From Pseudovirgaria hyperparasitica (Eukaryota): a stretch of 64,000 bases of DNA. Below the pieces are notes generated by a model. It saw nothing but the letters and a program-made list of their open reading frames with translations. It was not told where the DNA came from and ran no database searches. The translations under genes were made by a program, and so were the position numbers. Location: NCBI GenBank assembly GCA_010093815.1, contig ML996565.1. The stretch is one strand, 5' to 3'. Positions 37,976 to 50,200 of this stretch are shown one piece after another. Positions within the stretch are counted from its first letter, which is position 1. Every line of letters starts with the position of its first letter.

Positions 37976-40291
37976 ATGTTCTATAGTCACGAAGGTACAG
38001 TTTCTGACGTGCACGCATTTTCATGGCCTTGCTGACTCGGTGTAGTTCTTACTTCGCGCAAGTATGGAGTTGCAACGATCTGGTAGGATACTTCGCTTAA
38101 GAGAAACATCTGTAATTGACATAGATATAGGCTGGTAGCTACTCTCGGGTCCAAGTCAGCTTTGAAGAAGGTCAATCGAAAGGCCATTTCCAAGGTCGAC
38201 GTTGCGAAAGCTTGTGATACGATTAAGGAACCTGAAGCTCCGATGGCCTTGCGTCTTCAAAGCAGTCTTTTGTATGTGCTGTCAATTGTTTGGAGGGGGC
38301 AAGCTGACGAACATAGGTACGGAGTTGTGCAGGTGTATTCGCAACAGTGCCAATACGTTTTGCTTGACGCGCAGAATGCGTATAACAGCATTCGGCAGTT
38401 CCTCAAGGCCAATCAGAATGTCGAAATAGATGCTACTACTGTCAGAGCAAGGTAAATGAGAACTGGCACACTGTCCTTTCATGCACTAACGGGAGCAGAC
38501 CCGACCAGCTCGAACTCGCCGATGACCCAGCTTTCATGCCTGGACTCGCACAGCTGCCACTAGACTTTGACTTCATGGACTTGGACATGGGTATCGGCAT
38601 GAGGTCACAGAGTCTGAGTTTGATGTCTCCAGGTCCCTCGATGCGAAGCAGGCAGGGAAGTGGTCCTACTGTTGCAGGTCTCATCATCCCTGAAGGTTCA
38701 AGTCAGATGGGCCGCGCTGGCTTCCAGGTGCGAGGTGACGATGGTGCGAGTGCCAAACAGAACGATCCCAGCAGTATCATCAGGCGCGATACCATGGCCG
38801 GTTTCGATTCGGAAGCTGATTTTAGCTTCGATGCGGAGGGCAACATGATTGACATTGAACCGGTCATGCCTAGCACACCGACTCCTAATGCGCGAAGGAA
38901 CCTAGCAGCTGAACACCGCTCAGACGCGGCCGTCCGCCAGGGCTACAGTGACGCAGGTCAGGTACGTAATCCGCATGTTGCCATGTTGATGCATTTCTAA
39001 TGATCAATAGCCACAAGACTTTATGGGATCAGAACTCCCACCACTCGTTGAGGACATGATCCTGCCTGACGCCGAACCGTTTCCTCCCCGTGCTCAGCAA
39101 GCAACTCATGAGCCAGCATCACAAGGCTTCGTGGTAGACCAAGAAGAATCCTCAGCTGCATCGGCACCTCTGCGAAAACGCCGAACGCGCAAACCCATAG
39201 CAGCGGACCGTGAGCTCGAAGTACGCAACACCGAACTGTCACGCTGGAACTCAGACTACAACGAGATCATGATTCTGGCCACGACGGCGAAGATGCCCCA
39301 GAAAGCTATCGCTCAAGCAAAGAAGAATGCAGAATGGCTTGTCCTAGGACGAGGCATAGGCGGTGTCGGTAGCGGCGTTGGCTCTCACATGGTGGAAAGT
39401 CCTTTCAACATGTACTGCGGTGACTCGCTCTGGGAAATGATCACCGGGACCAAGAGACGCGAGGACAAGTTGCGCAAACGGCTTCGTGATCCGGATGTCG
39501 TTGACGTGGAAGACACTGACTCCTCGGAAGGTCGCCGTGTCAGGGCTCGGAGTGAGGAGGGTGAGCTTCGTCGCGGCGTCGAAGCGCAATTGGGGGACCA
39601 GAACGAACTCCCACCCCTTGGTGACGATACCATTGAACTGCCTCGAGATGAGCGGGAGGTACTTGACGACCGTCGGATGTCATCTGCCATGCCCTGGAAC
39701 ATCACCGCATCCATCCGTGGCTCATCAGTCGCGCGCGGCATAGATCTCGGGTTTCCAGCCTCCGCAGGTTTATCCATTGGCGGCGTCTCCGGATCAAACA
39801 ATAGACAACGCCTGGTCAGCGCTTCTCCTTTGCAAGGCCGGGGATCTGGTGCGTTAGGCCCGCTGTCACAGTACCTCGAGGCAGGTGACGACAACGCAAT
39901 GCCCTTTGAATCCGAGCCCTACGACTCTGCCTCTGGGGGTGTCCAGAATCTTGAACCAATCGCCGCCGACGCCGCCGACGCACCGTACGTAACAGAAAGC
40001 CAGCAACTCCGCGATGCGCTCGACCGGGAAGGCCAAAACTTCCTTGAGTTCATCGAGCAAGGCATCAGAGAGAAAGCAGCAGGCAACGCTGAAGAAGATA
40101 TGGTTCATGATGATGACCATGAAGACGAGATCACGTTTGAAAAGCTTCTCCCTACGCACGCGAATAATCGACTCGTGGCTGCAAATGCCTTCCTGCATGT
40201 CTTGTCGCTGGCCACGAAGAACCTTATCTACGTCCGTCAGAGCGAGGCTTACGGAGACATCGGACTTGGCCTCGTCGAGCCTATCGTCTGA
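37976..40291 (+). CDS. REC8: Meiotic cohesin kleisin Rec8
   Basis: Spliced N-terminus MFYSHEVLTSRKYGVATIWLVATLGS...PEAPMALRLQSSLLYGV..VYSQQC is Rec8-type rather than Rad21-type. C-terminal winged helix FEKLLP...VAANAFLHVLSLATK...Q.EAYGDI. Confidence 0.9.
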
Positions 40292-40299
40292 GCTCCTGT

Positions 40300-43200
40300 G
40301 CTGTTTCGGTCTGGGTCTTAATCTTTGACATTCCCATTTCACAGCCCTTCCAGTCCTCTTCCTTGTACTTGTCTTATTCAAATAGCGGATTCCACAATTC
40401 AAGAATCCCCAAATGTAGATTAAGTATATACGAACACGTAAGACGGCTGGAAAACAAGTCACATCGTCCAGAATCCAACCAAATATCACAAGTCCTCTTC
40501 GTATTGACTCTTTCACACCCGCCACTCTTCCAGCACAAATAAGCGAACGATACACACATACACATATATACAACCACAACCCAAACAAATCACAAGCTAT
40601 ACAATCCCAACAGCACCCCTTAATCTTGATTCCATAATCCCCTTCCCACCCCAAACGCAAACCCCAAATCCACATCTCTCCCTTAAAACCCGCACTCAAT
40701 ACCCACATGCGCAACCTTCATTCCCATATACGCATCAATTTCCCACAAGATAACCCCATGTAGTCATGCAATCTAATCGGCCCGGCCACCTAGCGAGCTT
40801 CCCTGCAGGAACAGCTGGTACGAGCGCTGATTGATCAGAGACCAGGATAGTTCGACTCGCTAAATCAGGTATCTAGTGGACGCCGCTTATCGGTCGTGGA
40901 GTGTAATCCACCCAGGCAGGTCTGAGGTGGGACCTGATAAACCCCTGAAAACCAAATCCCTGAAAACCCTCTGTTAAACCCCTGATGAGCCCCTGAAATA
41001 CTTAGCACACAGACAACCAAAGGACAGTGTATGCATATATATACATGTACCACGAACCCACGAAGTCAGTCCGTGGAATATTATGGCGCCAACTAAACAC
41101 AGAACAAATATCAATATAAAACTAGTACCAGCAGAACAAGCCCTACCCTACCGCATACTGTACCGAAAAAAACAAGAAAACAAAGAAAAAGAAACCATCT
41201 ACACCCACACAAACCACCAAAAACCAATACCATGGCTTCGATCGATAGGATATATATAACCCCTCGCCCGGCACAGTAGTTGTGCTAGGTAGGTACGTAG
41301 GTACCTCAGATAGAGATATAAATATCCATTCATTCATCTTCCTATCTCCAATTTATCTATCTATCCATATATCTACCCGTTCGCCCGTCTCCACCTAAAA
41401 TCCCCTACTATCCTATCAAACCCAGTGGCGCTCGAGTCGGATACTAATTTCCGGACCTTTTCCTAATACCCACTTGATTACTTCATAACTAGATATTAGA
41501 TAGATAGATAATGACTAAGTAGCTGTCTAGAGATTATGTTAATAGTATATATGTATATTCATAATTACTTAATACGTTATATTAAAGTATATAATATCTA
41601 CCTACTCCTCTTCCTTTAATAGAGATCGAACTAAAGCCCCCTACACTTAACTCAATTAAATTAGTAGAATAAACCTTCCCCCCCTCCCAAACCCAAATTC
41701 AAACATACAATCAAACAGTACACACATATATATACTTTAAAGACAATCGACAATCCACAATACAAATACGAGAAACTCTCAAACACCGTAAGACCAACGA
41801 TTCAAGCAAACTAAAAAAAGATAAAAAAGGACTAAGAAGACCTAGATGGACGATGATTAGTCCAAGATTTCGGGAGGGTTTAGTTGTAAAATCTGGCTCT
41901 ACTTATCTACTTATCTATTTATCTACTTATCTCTCTCTCCCTTATTTATCTATCTCTATATATATATATATATATACGTACCTATATCTCCCCTTAACCT
42001 TCATCCACTCACCTTCCTCTCCACAGGACATCCCATGTCAGGGGTACGAGAGAAAGAGAGTGTGTAGGAAGGAAGCAAGGGTGGGGGGAAATGTATAAGC
42101 GCGGAACGTGGGCGTGGGGGTAGGGGTGGCCGCGCGGGTACTCACTCAACTCCACAAGAGGAGCTTTATATAGCCATATCTATCTACTCTATCTAATCTG
42201 TCCATGCTATCTGTCTATATATACATAGATATATAAGAGTAAGTGTACGTACGCTACATACCTACCTTCCATCTTCCATCTTCCATCTTCCATCTTCCAT
42301 CTTCCATCTTCCATCTTCCATCTTCCATCTTCCGTCTTCCACCTTACACATACATATACGTACGACCAACGACTTTTACCTAAATTCTTTTTGGGGATAG
42401 TCAATCAATTACCTCCGATTGCATCGCTCAATCTCGACATCTTTGCACATGCCCTCTCATTAGGATTGTTGTGTGTATATGCATGTTTCTGTCTGGTACG
42501 TACGTGTATTATCCCGAGGATACTATAAAATGTGTATGTAGTAGTAGGTTTGAGATCGTAATTAATTAACTGTCGTACCAGTCTCCCATTGACCGCCTCT
42601 GGTATGCATATATATGTCGTATATATATAGAACGTATATATATATATATATATATCTATATATACTCGCAGCAACACTTTGCTCGTGTGCGCACCTGCTC
42701 GCTCGCCCGCTCGCCCGCTCACCCGCCAGCCCCTCCCTTCCTCACTCACGACGACTGCCCAACCAACCAATCAATCAATCTATCAAGACGCATTCATCAT
42801 CCTCAGGTGCGTGTGCATACAGAACAGCGCAGCACCAATCTAGTCCAGAGCAAACCGAACCAGACAAACCCAAGCGCAAAAACAGCCCATCGCAAACACA
42901 CGCGCGTGCGCGCGCCACGCCTCCAAATGCATGCCCATGCCCATGATCGTCTCGTCGTTTCTGCGAAAAAACACACAACATATCGTCGCCATATCGTCGC
43001 CGCAGCATGTTAGAGGAGGGCAGACAGACAGACATGGGAGAAAGAGACTGACAGAAAGAGGTAACAAAAACACACACAGAAACAACCCCCTTCCGCCCAA
43101 TCATCCCCTGAGCAGTGAGTGCATCAGAGAAGTCGCAGATCCGCATCGCATGTTGTAAACACCCGAAGCAAATGAAAGAGAAATGTGTGCAAGATATTAT

Positions 43201-43300
43201 GCGCAGAAGATCATCAGAACAACAAGATATCAGATCAGATCAGATCAGATCGGGTGAAGAAAGAGTTGGATAAGGCGGCATTACAGCAGCTGCAACAAGA
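40300..43300. repeat. Low-complexity convergent intergenic tract with many microsatellites
   Basis: TA runs (about 41958-41975, 42636-42656), TATC/GATA runs, (CAGAT)x4 at 43231-43250 and an AT-rich core at about 41480-41700. Confidence 0.8.
42266..42342. repeat. Heptanucleotide tandem repeat (CTTCCAT), about 11 copies
   Basis: Nine perfect units followed by two variants (CTTCCGT, CTTCCAC). Confidence 0.95.
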
Positions 43301-43594
43301 AAATGGTTCTGGTATCAAGAGAAGAAAAAGATCAGACAACAGGGACGGCGCCAAAAAGAAAACTCCTTGAACTCCCGCCGCGGCCGTCCATGGAGCCGTT
43401 GATGCACCGAATAAGCGAATGCGCATGTCGAACCGGAAGAAGATGTATCCCATAACACCTTCGCCTCCGAAGGCGTCCAAAATTGGTGCGGTATGCTATA
43501 TGCACATCACCGTCCACGGTTCGATTGCATCCAGTTTCGCGCAAAATCGAGCCATTCAGACACAACCACAGAACACCCCCCATAAAGATCAGGA

Positions 43595-46496
43595 CTAAAG
43601 ACTCATCGTCAACCATTCCCACTCGGCTGGCCCCGCGACGGCATTGCCTCCAGCAGTCAAGCCTTGCCCCATGGCACCCATGGGTAAACTATCGTGATGC
43701 ATGCCTGGTAGAGGCAAGCCGTGGCTCATCGGGCGGTTGGGATAGTTCTGAGGCTGCACTGACTTGCCGCTGGTGTCGTCTGCATCGCCCATCTCAAGCT
43801 CCTGTGTGTTGCCTTTGCTTTGCCCGCGAGCTCGCTTTGGTGCAACGGGCACGCCACGAACGCTTGAAGAAGCAGATGGAGCACTCGCAGCGACGGCAGG
43901 CTGTGCTCTCGGTGGACCGGGAGCAATTGGGACGACGCTGCTCTTACTCAGACCAGCATTAGTAGAGCTCGAAGCAGTGTTGGCAGATTGCGTATTAGCA
44001 CCGCCTGCGGATTGTGGCGACTCCGACTCTGCAGTCTTGCCGGACGTCGGGGTAGTGACAGGTGTATGCACAATCGAGTTTTTCCGTGAAGATTTCTTGG
44101 ACGACCGTGTGGAAGAGCCTGTCACCGGTGCAGTGGTACCACTACCACGGTTGCGCTTCTTAATAACGTCCGTCTTCAGCGACAGTGGACGAACGACGCC
44201 GTGCAGCTTCAAGAATAGACCACAGGCGTTGCACAACGGATGGCCTTCCGGGTTGCGCCTCCAGAGTGGCGTGGTTTGTGTAAAGCAATTTGTACACGTC
44301 GTGGGTGCGCCATTATCGCCGCCCTTTGTGCCCCCTGGGCTGACAGGCCGTGAAGGCGCTGCAGAATTGAAACCCGATTCCGGCGGCGAATTGGGCGATG
44401 ATTGAGAGACATGCTGAAGTCCTTGATGTTGTACCAAGCCAGCAGCGTTGGGCGTGGAGGCAGTGCGGGGTATCTTGCCTCGTCTCTGGTCACCTCCACG
44501 ATTTCGAATGTCACTAACAGACGCTGCAGACCCATGCGTACGTCCCAGACTACCACTACCGTTCCAATCCTGTGGCGAAGAAACCATTTCAGCGCCACCA
44601 ATGGTAACAGTCTTTCGTGGTGGTCCGGCAGGGTATCGTGCTGGAGTGGGATTGAATTGGTTGGAAAGGTCAGTTCCCCATTGGAAGTTGCTCCCCGAGT
44701 CGAAATTGTTCTCGTCGTCCATCGACGAGAACTGATTATGCGAAGGCATAGTCCGATCAGGAAATGCTCCGCCTTCGTCGTCCTCGCCGTCAGAATCTCC
44801 ACCAAACGTGAACATGTTATCCCGTGACATGGACATGCCTTGAGCACGGCCTGGAAATCCATGCAGCACTTGCGAGGGATTGACATGGCCTGGTTGTTGC
44901 TGTGCAAATGATGTCGCTTGAAACTGCGGAAGACTGGCGGCAGTCACTGCACCGAAGAGCGAATCACTATTAGGATTGAACATATACGATTGCTGCACCG
45001 AGGTGGACAGTCCTGACGGGCGCTGCAAGCCGTAAGTCTGTCTCGAATGCGTGTTTCTGACGTCTACACCATCACGGTTGAAGAACATTTGCTCTCCCTC
45101 GGGAACAGGCTGCGGCGTCGATACAGTAGATGGATACGCAGATCCAGGAGGTGAGTAGAAATCGGTCGAGGTGAGTGAAGAGGGCACGGAATTGGGTGGG
45201 TATACGGATGAGTAGGGGCCTTGTGGCATCATCGGCGAACCGACAGGCGAAAATGGGAAATTCTGTTGAAGAGGCCCGGCAGAGTTGAGTATAGGGTCGT
45301 GGTTGTCGATGCTGAAGGCTGTGGTGTCGAGGTGGAATGGCACATGAGGATGCTGAGATTGAGGGTAGAAGGCTGAGCCAGGGAAGTTGTGGTCGAGACT
45401 GTAGTGATGTAGAGCAGAGTCCATGTCTTGGTCAGCTGGCATCGAAGTATTGTTGACAGGAGGAACCTGAGGGGATCGCTCAGCCGGTCGCTTCCGATTC
45501 TGACAATAATTAGACACGTTGAACAACATGATGACAATTCATACTCACACGTCGCTCATCAATACTCGTCTTTCGCACATGTCGCTGGACGTAGCCAAAT
45601 TCTCTGCCTCGACTGGCAATTGGCGGAACCGACGGTGCCGAAGCTCGTAAGACATGTAGATTGGGATCGTTGGTCTGACTAGGTTTGCGGATAGGAATGG
45701 ATGGAGCGACAGCGTGAGAGGCGGTGATGTAATCAGAAGAAGAGTCCGGCGAGATGCCTGCAGGCGAGCCGACATTCTCGGATTCGATAAAGTCGTCGAG
45801 GTTCATGGCATCGGAGGGCGGTCCATGTGTCTGTGCGCCCTGGTCAATGGAGCTCCGTAACTGGGCAATCCCACTGGGAGTAGCTTTGGCGGCTCTGGAT
45901 GATTGCAATAATAGTCTGTGAGCGAGATGTTAGTACAGGCGAGGAGCAGTCGCAAGATACGATCATGTAGAGAAGTGTGCGCAAGTCAAGTGTATGGTCG
46001 CAAGTGCATTCACATACGCTTTTCGCTCAGCGGCCTCACGTCGCAGGTTCATGGACATCATCCGCCATGACAGGTTCTCCATGCGCTCTCGATTCGGCAG
46101 ATTAGACTTTGTCCGGCTGTACAGTCTCCACATCTGAGCGCCCAAAGGGTCCTTCTTTTGCATTTCCTCTGGCGAGTCGACCTCAGCGCCATCGTCTTCC
46201 CATGACGGAAAGATGGCAGCGTCGAGCACGCCCTGGCGAGCGGCCGACTCGAGTGGTGACAGCTCCAGTTTGGAGTCCCAGGTCGAAGTCGAGGTGAGCG
46301 AGTGTAAGGCGGAGGAGGCAGCGGAAGAATGGTCAAAGGTGTTATTGTTAATGCTGTTGTTGTTGGTGGTGGTGAAGCGGAGCTTTCGCGGGGAGGAGGA
46401 TGATGTCGGAGAGGTCAGATGGTCGTCCAGTGGCATGGAGTATTCGTCAAGGTCGTCTGAGAGTCCCCCACGCACCCCATATTGCGCCCCAGACAT
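43595..46496 (-). CDS. areA: GATA-type global nitrogen regulator AreA/Nit2
   Basis: N-terminal DPL...[20 protein letters not shown] motif, [12 protein letters not shown], zinc finger [50 protein letters not shown] and diagnostic C-terminus EWEWLTMSL. Two introns (about 45915-46017 and 45500-45549). Confidence 0.98.
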
Positions 46497-47203
46497 AGCC
46501 GGCAGCAGCTGGTGTTGCGCAGAAAGCGGGCGTCAGCAACACAAGCGGGCGAGGAAGAATGGCGCAGCAGGCCTGGGGCTGGCGGTTGAGGCGAGAAGTG
46601 AGGGCTTTTGCCTTTGCTTATTCGTTTGTTCTTCCTGCAGGCTCCTAGGTGGAGGAAAAAGGGAGGGAGGGAGGGAGGCGTGGTGGCTTGAGGCGACGAT
46701 GCCGCTGGAGGAGCTGGTCGATGCAAGTCGCAGCAATTGAGAGGCAGCAGCAACGGCAGCAACAGTGACGGACCAAAGAGCTGGTGCAGGACCTGGTCTT
46801 GGTCTATTACTGTTACTGTTGTAGTAGACGGGGGTGGTGTGGTGAGTCTGGAGTGAATTTGGTGAGGGTAGCCGTGGGCGGAAGGCCGCTGAGGCCGCCT
46901 TAGCCTCAAGCCTTTAGTGGAAGGATGAGGTGGGATGGATGGAGAGTGTGTGGGGCCGTCAAGAGGAGGTAATAGTAGCAAAGTAGGTGATGGAAAGTAG
47001 GAGTAAAATAGAAAGGAATGAATGTACTGTGTACCGTGTACCGTGCACTATACTATGTAGCAAGCCAGCTGTAGTAGCGAATGGGCGGTGGTTTGACAGT
47101 CTTGAATGCAGTACTGTGTAAGTAATAGCAGAGGGACAAATCGCCCGTGGTTGGGGTGTCCTGAGTCCCGTGTGTGCCGGCAGAAAAAAAGATGCAGAAA
47201 GAT

Positions 47204-47250
47204 GGGGCAAGGGGGGGGGGGGGGGGGGGGGATCAAGGGGGGGATTGGGG
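47204..47250 (+). repeat. Poly-G tract (about 21 nt) with flanking G-runs upstream of areA
   Basis: GGGG-caa-G21-atcaa-G7-att-GGGG is directly visible. Confidence 0.9.
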
Positions 47251-50200
47251 ATGAAGGATGAGGATGAGGGTGTTGTGTGTGTGTGGTAGGTCGCGCGCTT
47301 GTCGGGGGGTGTCGGAGCGGCAACTGGTGGTGGTGGTAGTGGTGGTGGCAGTAATAGTGGGAGGGCGGCGGGGGCTCTCTCTCTCCTCTCTCACTGGCAG
47401 TCTGGCACCGGCAGGAGGCTGTAGCTAGATCCACCGGTCCAGCAGCCAGTGTCAGCAGCAAGTCGTCAACCTATCCGTCTTGGCCTGTGTGTTTTTAGCG
47501 ACAATAATTATATTCTGCAAAGCCAGACCAAATTACAGCAAACGGCCATGGAGTTGTTGATGATTATGTTTCTGGGAGGAGAGGAGGGGGCCCATGCTAT
47601 ATCATAGATATATATCCATGTACATTTCGAGCGAGACGGCGAGATGGCGAGACGACGCAACACTTCTGCTTCTTGCTCGGCCGCGTGCTCCAGTCTTTTT
47701 TTCTTCCGGCCAAAGTGAAGTGGGCTACGAGCCATGTGGTGGTGGCGGGACTCCCTAAATATCAATAACTGTAACTGTCTTCGTATACATCAGATCCCGG
47801 CTATGCGAGTCTGTCTCATAAGAGATGTATTACTGTGATTTTTATCTTCAGCTAGGCCTTGACACCTTGTGAGAGTCCGGCCTAACTGGTGATTGTAGCT
47901 AAATTACCTATCCTGTCAGCCGCCATCGTGTATACCCAGACTTATCATGTCCGGGTAGCACGTGTCAAAGCTCTGTCTGGTAAGCAACACACGCAGGACG
48001 ACATTTCGTGTATATGGATGGCATTGTTTTCAACCGTACAAGCACCTCGCGATGAACACTGCACCGGCAGAGATGTACATACACACGAAGTAATAGTTAC
48101 AGTAGCTAAATATTCACAAACTCACTATTACTGCCGCACTGCGCAACTAAGGCACGCCAGCCTGCAGCAATCCTGGCAAGAATAACACTGCAGATGACAA
48201 TGCACGGTCGCCAGCATGTGCAAAGGTGGCGCTGGCCAGTGACGGGCTGACCATGGGAGAATAAAAAGGAGTGTGGGTGGTGACGGTGGTGACCTGTTCG
48301 TTCCGGTGCGTGGGTGGGGTGTGCTGCTTCACACACTTACACATACACATACATACAGTACATCTGTATATGGGAGTGTGTATGTGTGTGGGAGAACGAG
48401 TCAGGCTTCCAGCCAATCGTTCAACAGATGCTGCTCTTTGTCCTGGACTCCAGTCGCTGCTCATCATCTGGCTGCCAGTATATTCTGCTTATTATTACAT
48501 CCCAGCCGCGCTGCTCGCCAATCCCTCTCTTCACACCTTGACCTCCCGTCTCGAGCTCGCTGTCGCGTACCGTACGGATACACTCCTGCATCTGTCTTGT
48601 CCCGGCCCCGCCCCGCCCTTGAAGGCGACTTTTCGGGGGGCCTCGATTGTGGAGCTTCTCCTCTCCAGATTCTGTTACTTCGCGCGCGATGCCTTTGGTC
48701 CTCTCTTCCGCATTCCCAGTCTTCTACTGCAAGGGAATGTTCTTTGAAGTGGAACCCAGTTCTACTGCCCCATTAACAGGACTCCTCGAGGACGCGAGTC
48801 ATCCAACGTTTCATCCAAAGTGAAAAGAAAATTTTGGAAAAAAAAAAGAATTGCGACTCCGCGTTTATGACCAGCATTACGGATCGGCAGTAGGATTGAA
48901 GTCTGGAGTGAGTCGTTGTAACGTCGATCGGTGGTGACAAAAGTAAGGGTGCATCATCGCTGCCATCTCCGTGATTGAAGGAGTCTCGTTTGCCCGTGTG
49001 CAGCTACCAACAACCACCTGCCAGATTCCATTCCGTCATCATGCCTTTTGAATGAACGGGTGGGAGGAATGCTTATTAAATCCACATGTGTCTGTGGATC
49101 CATCTGCTAATTACACGCGATGCTCACTTTTGTCATCAACGCCTTCCGTAGCTAATTCCCTATTAGACAAGACTCTGTACCTAGCGTTCGCCAGTATAAT
49201 GTTCTTGGGCGCATGTGCGATGTGCATATGCGACACACAAAGACTCCACGTGACTGCATGCATACTTCGGTTCTCGGTCTTCGTGCCGACCTTTTTTTTG
49301 ATGTGCGACCGGTTGGTTGTCGACCAAGCTCGGATCAGCGAATCCGTTGGCTGTCGTAAGAATGTCACCACAGGCGAATACCGCGGCAGTACTGTGTATG
49401 TATTTTGTCTTTGACTTGCCACACGGTCGTTGTGTTGTTGTTGCCAGACTCGTCAAGGGCGCCAGAGACAATTCCCTTGAACGCGCATGAGGGACAACAA
49501 CGTCATGCGAGATCGCATGCGGAAATGCCACCTGCACCCGGATCCTTGCTGTCAACTAACAAGCTTCTCGTCATGCAGACCATATCCCGGGTAGTGCTGC
49601 CACCCACCTTGCTGCCCAGCGAGCTTTGATCATTCCTAAATATTCCGAACAGACCCTCTTTAGTATCGTAACCTTTGCGAACAGAGCTCGTCGAAAATTC
49701 GGCGCATACGCAATACATAGAATAGCATGAATCGTATAGCCAAATTATCAGCCAGTTCAATGAATGCGTTTGATATGCTGGCTCCGCGCAAGCGACTCAC
49801 ACTGTGTGAGTGAATATGAGACGGCACTAACGTTGGTCCGCGAGTTTTATCGGATGGAATAGACCGGCGGCGGCAGCTACGCCTGCCCTAGTACAGAATC
49901 TCGAGAACCATGCCAATTGAGATTTCTCTAGACCTTACGAGAGTCCTATAGCGCACGTTGTGAGTCGCGTCTGAAGATTTGATCGTAGCAGTTGTGCGCT
50001 GATAGAGAAGAACCTATTCCGTAGGCTGTAGTGGTAGCACTTGTTGAGGAATTTGAATTCATGCCGTAGTGTTGTATAGCTCTTATGGCTATTATCGGAC
50101 AAGTGTGGTCATCTAGAGGCTTCAAGACCCTGCACGCACAGGCCCTGCGGGTTTGGTCGGCTTATGGGTCTACTGGTCTCGTGACCCTTGGAGCCCTACG

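Noticed and set aside
41480..41700. AT/TpA-rich patch as a RIP-degraded transposon
   Set aside because: Short, with no terminal repeats, target-site duplication or transposase/RT remnants visible; cannot be supported without a repeat library.
42207..42404. ORF with repeated WKMEDGR
   Set aside because: It is simply the translation of the (CTTCCAT)n microsatellite.
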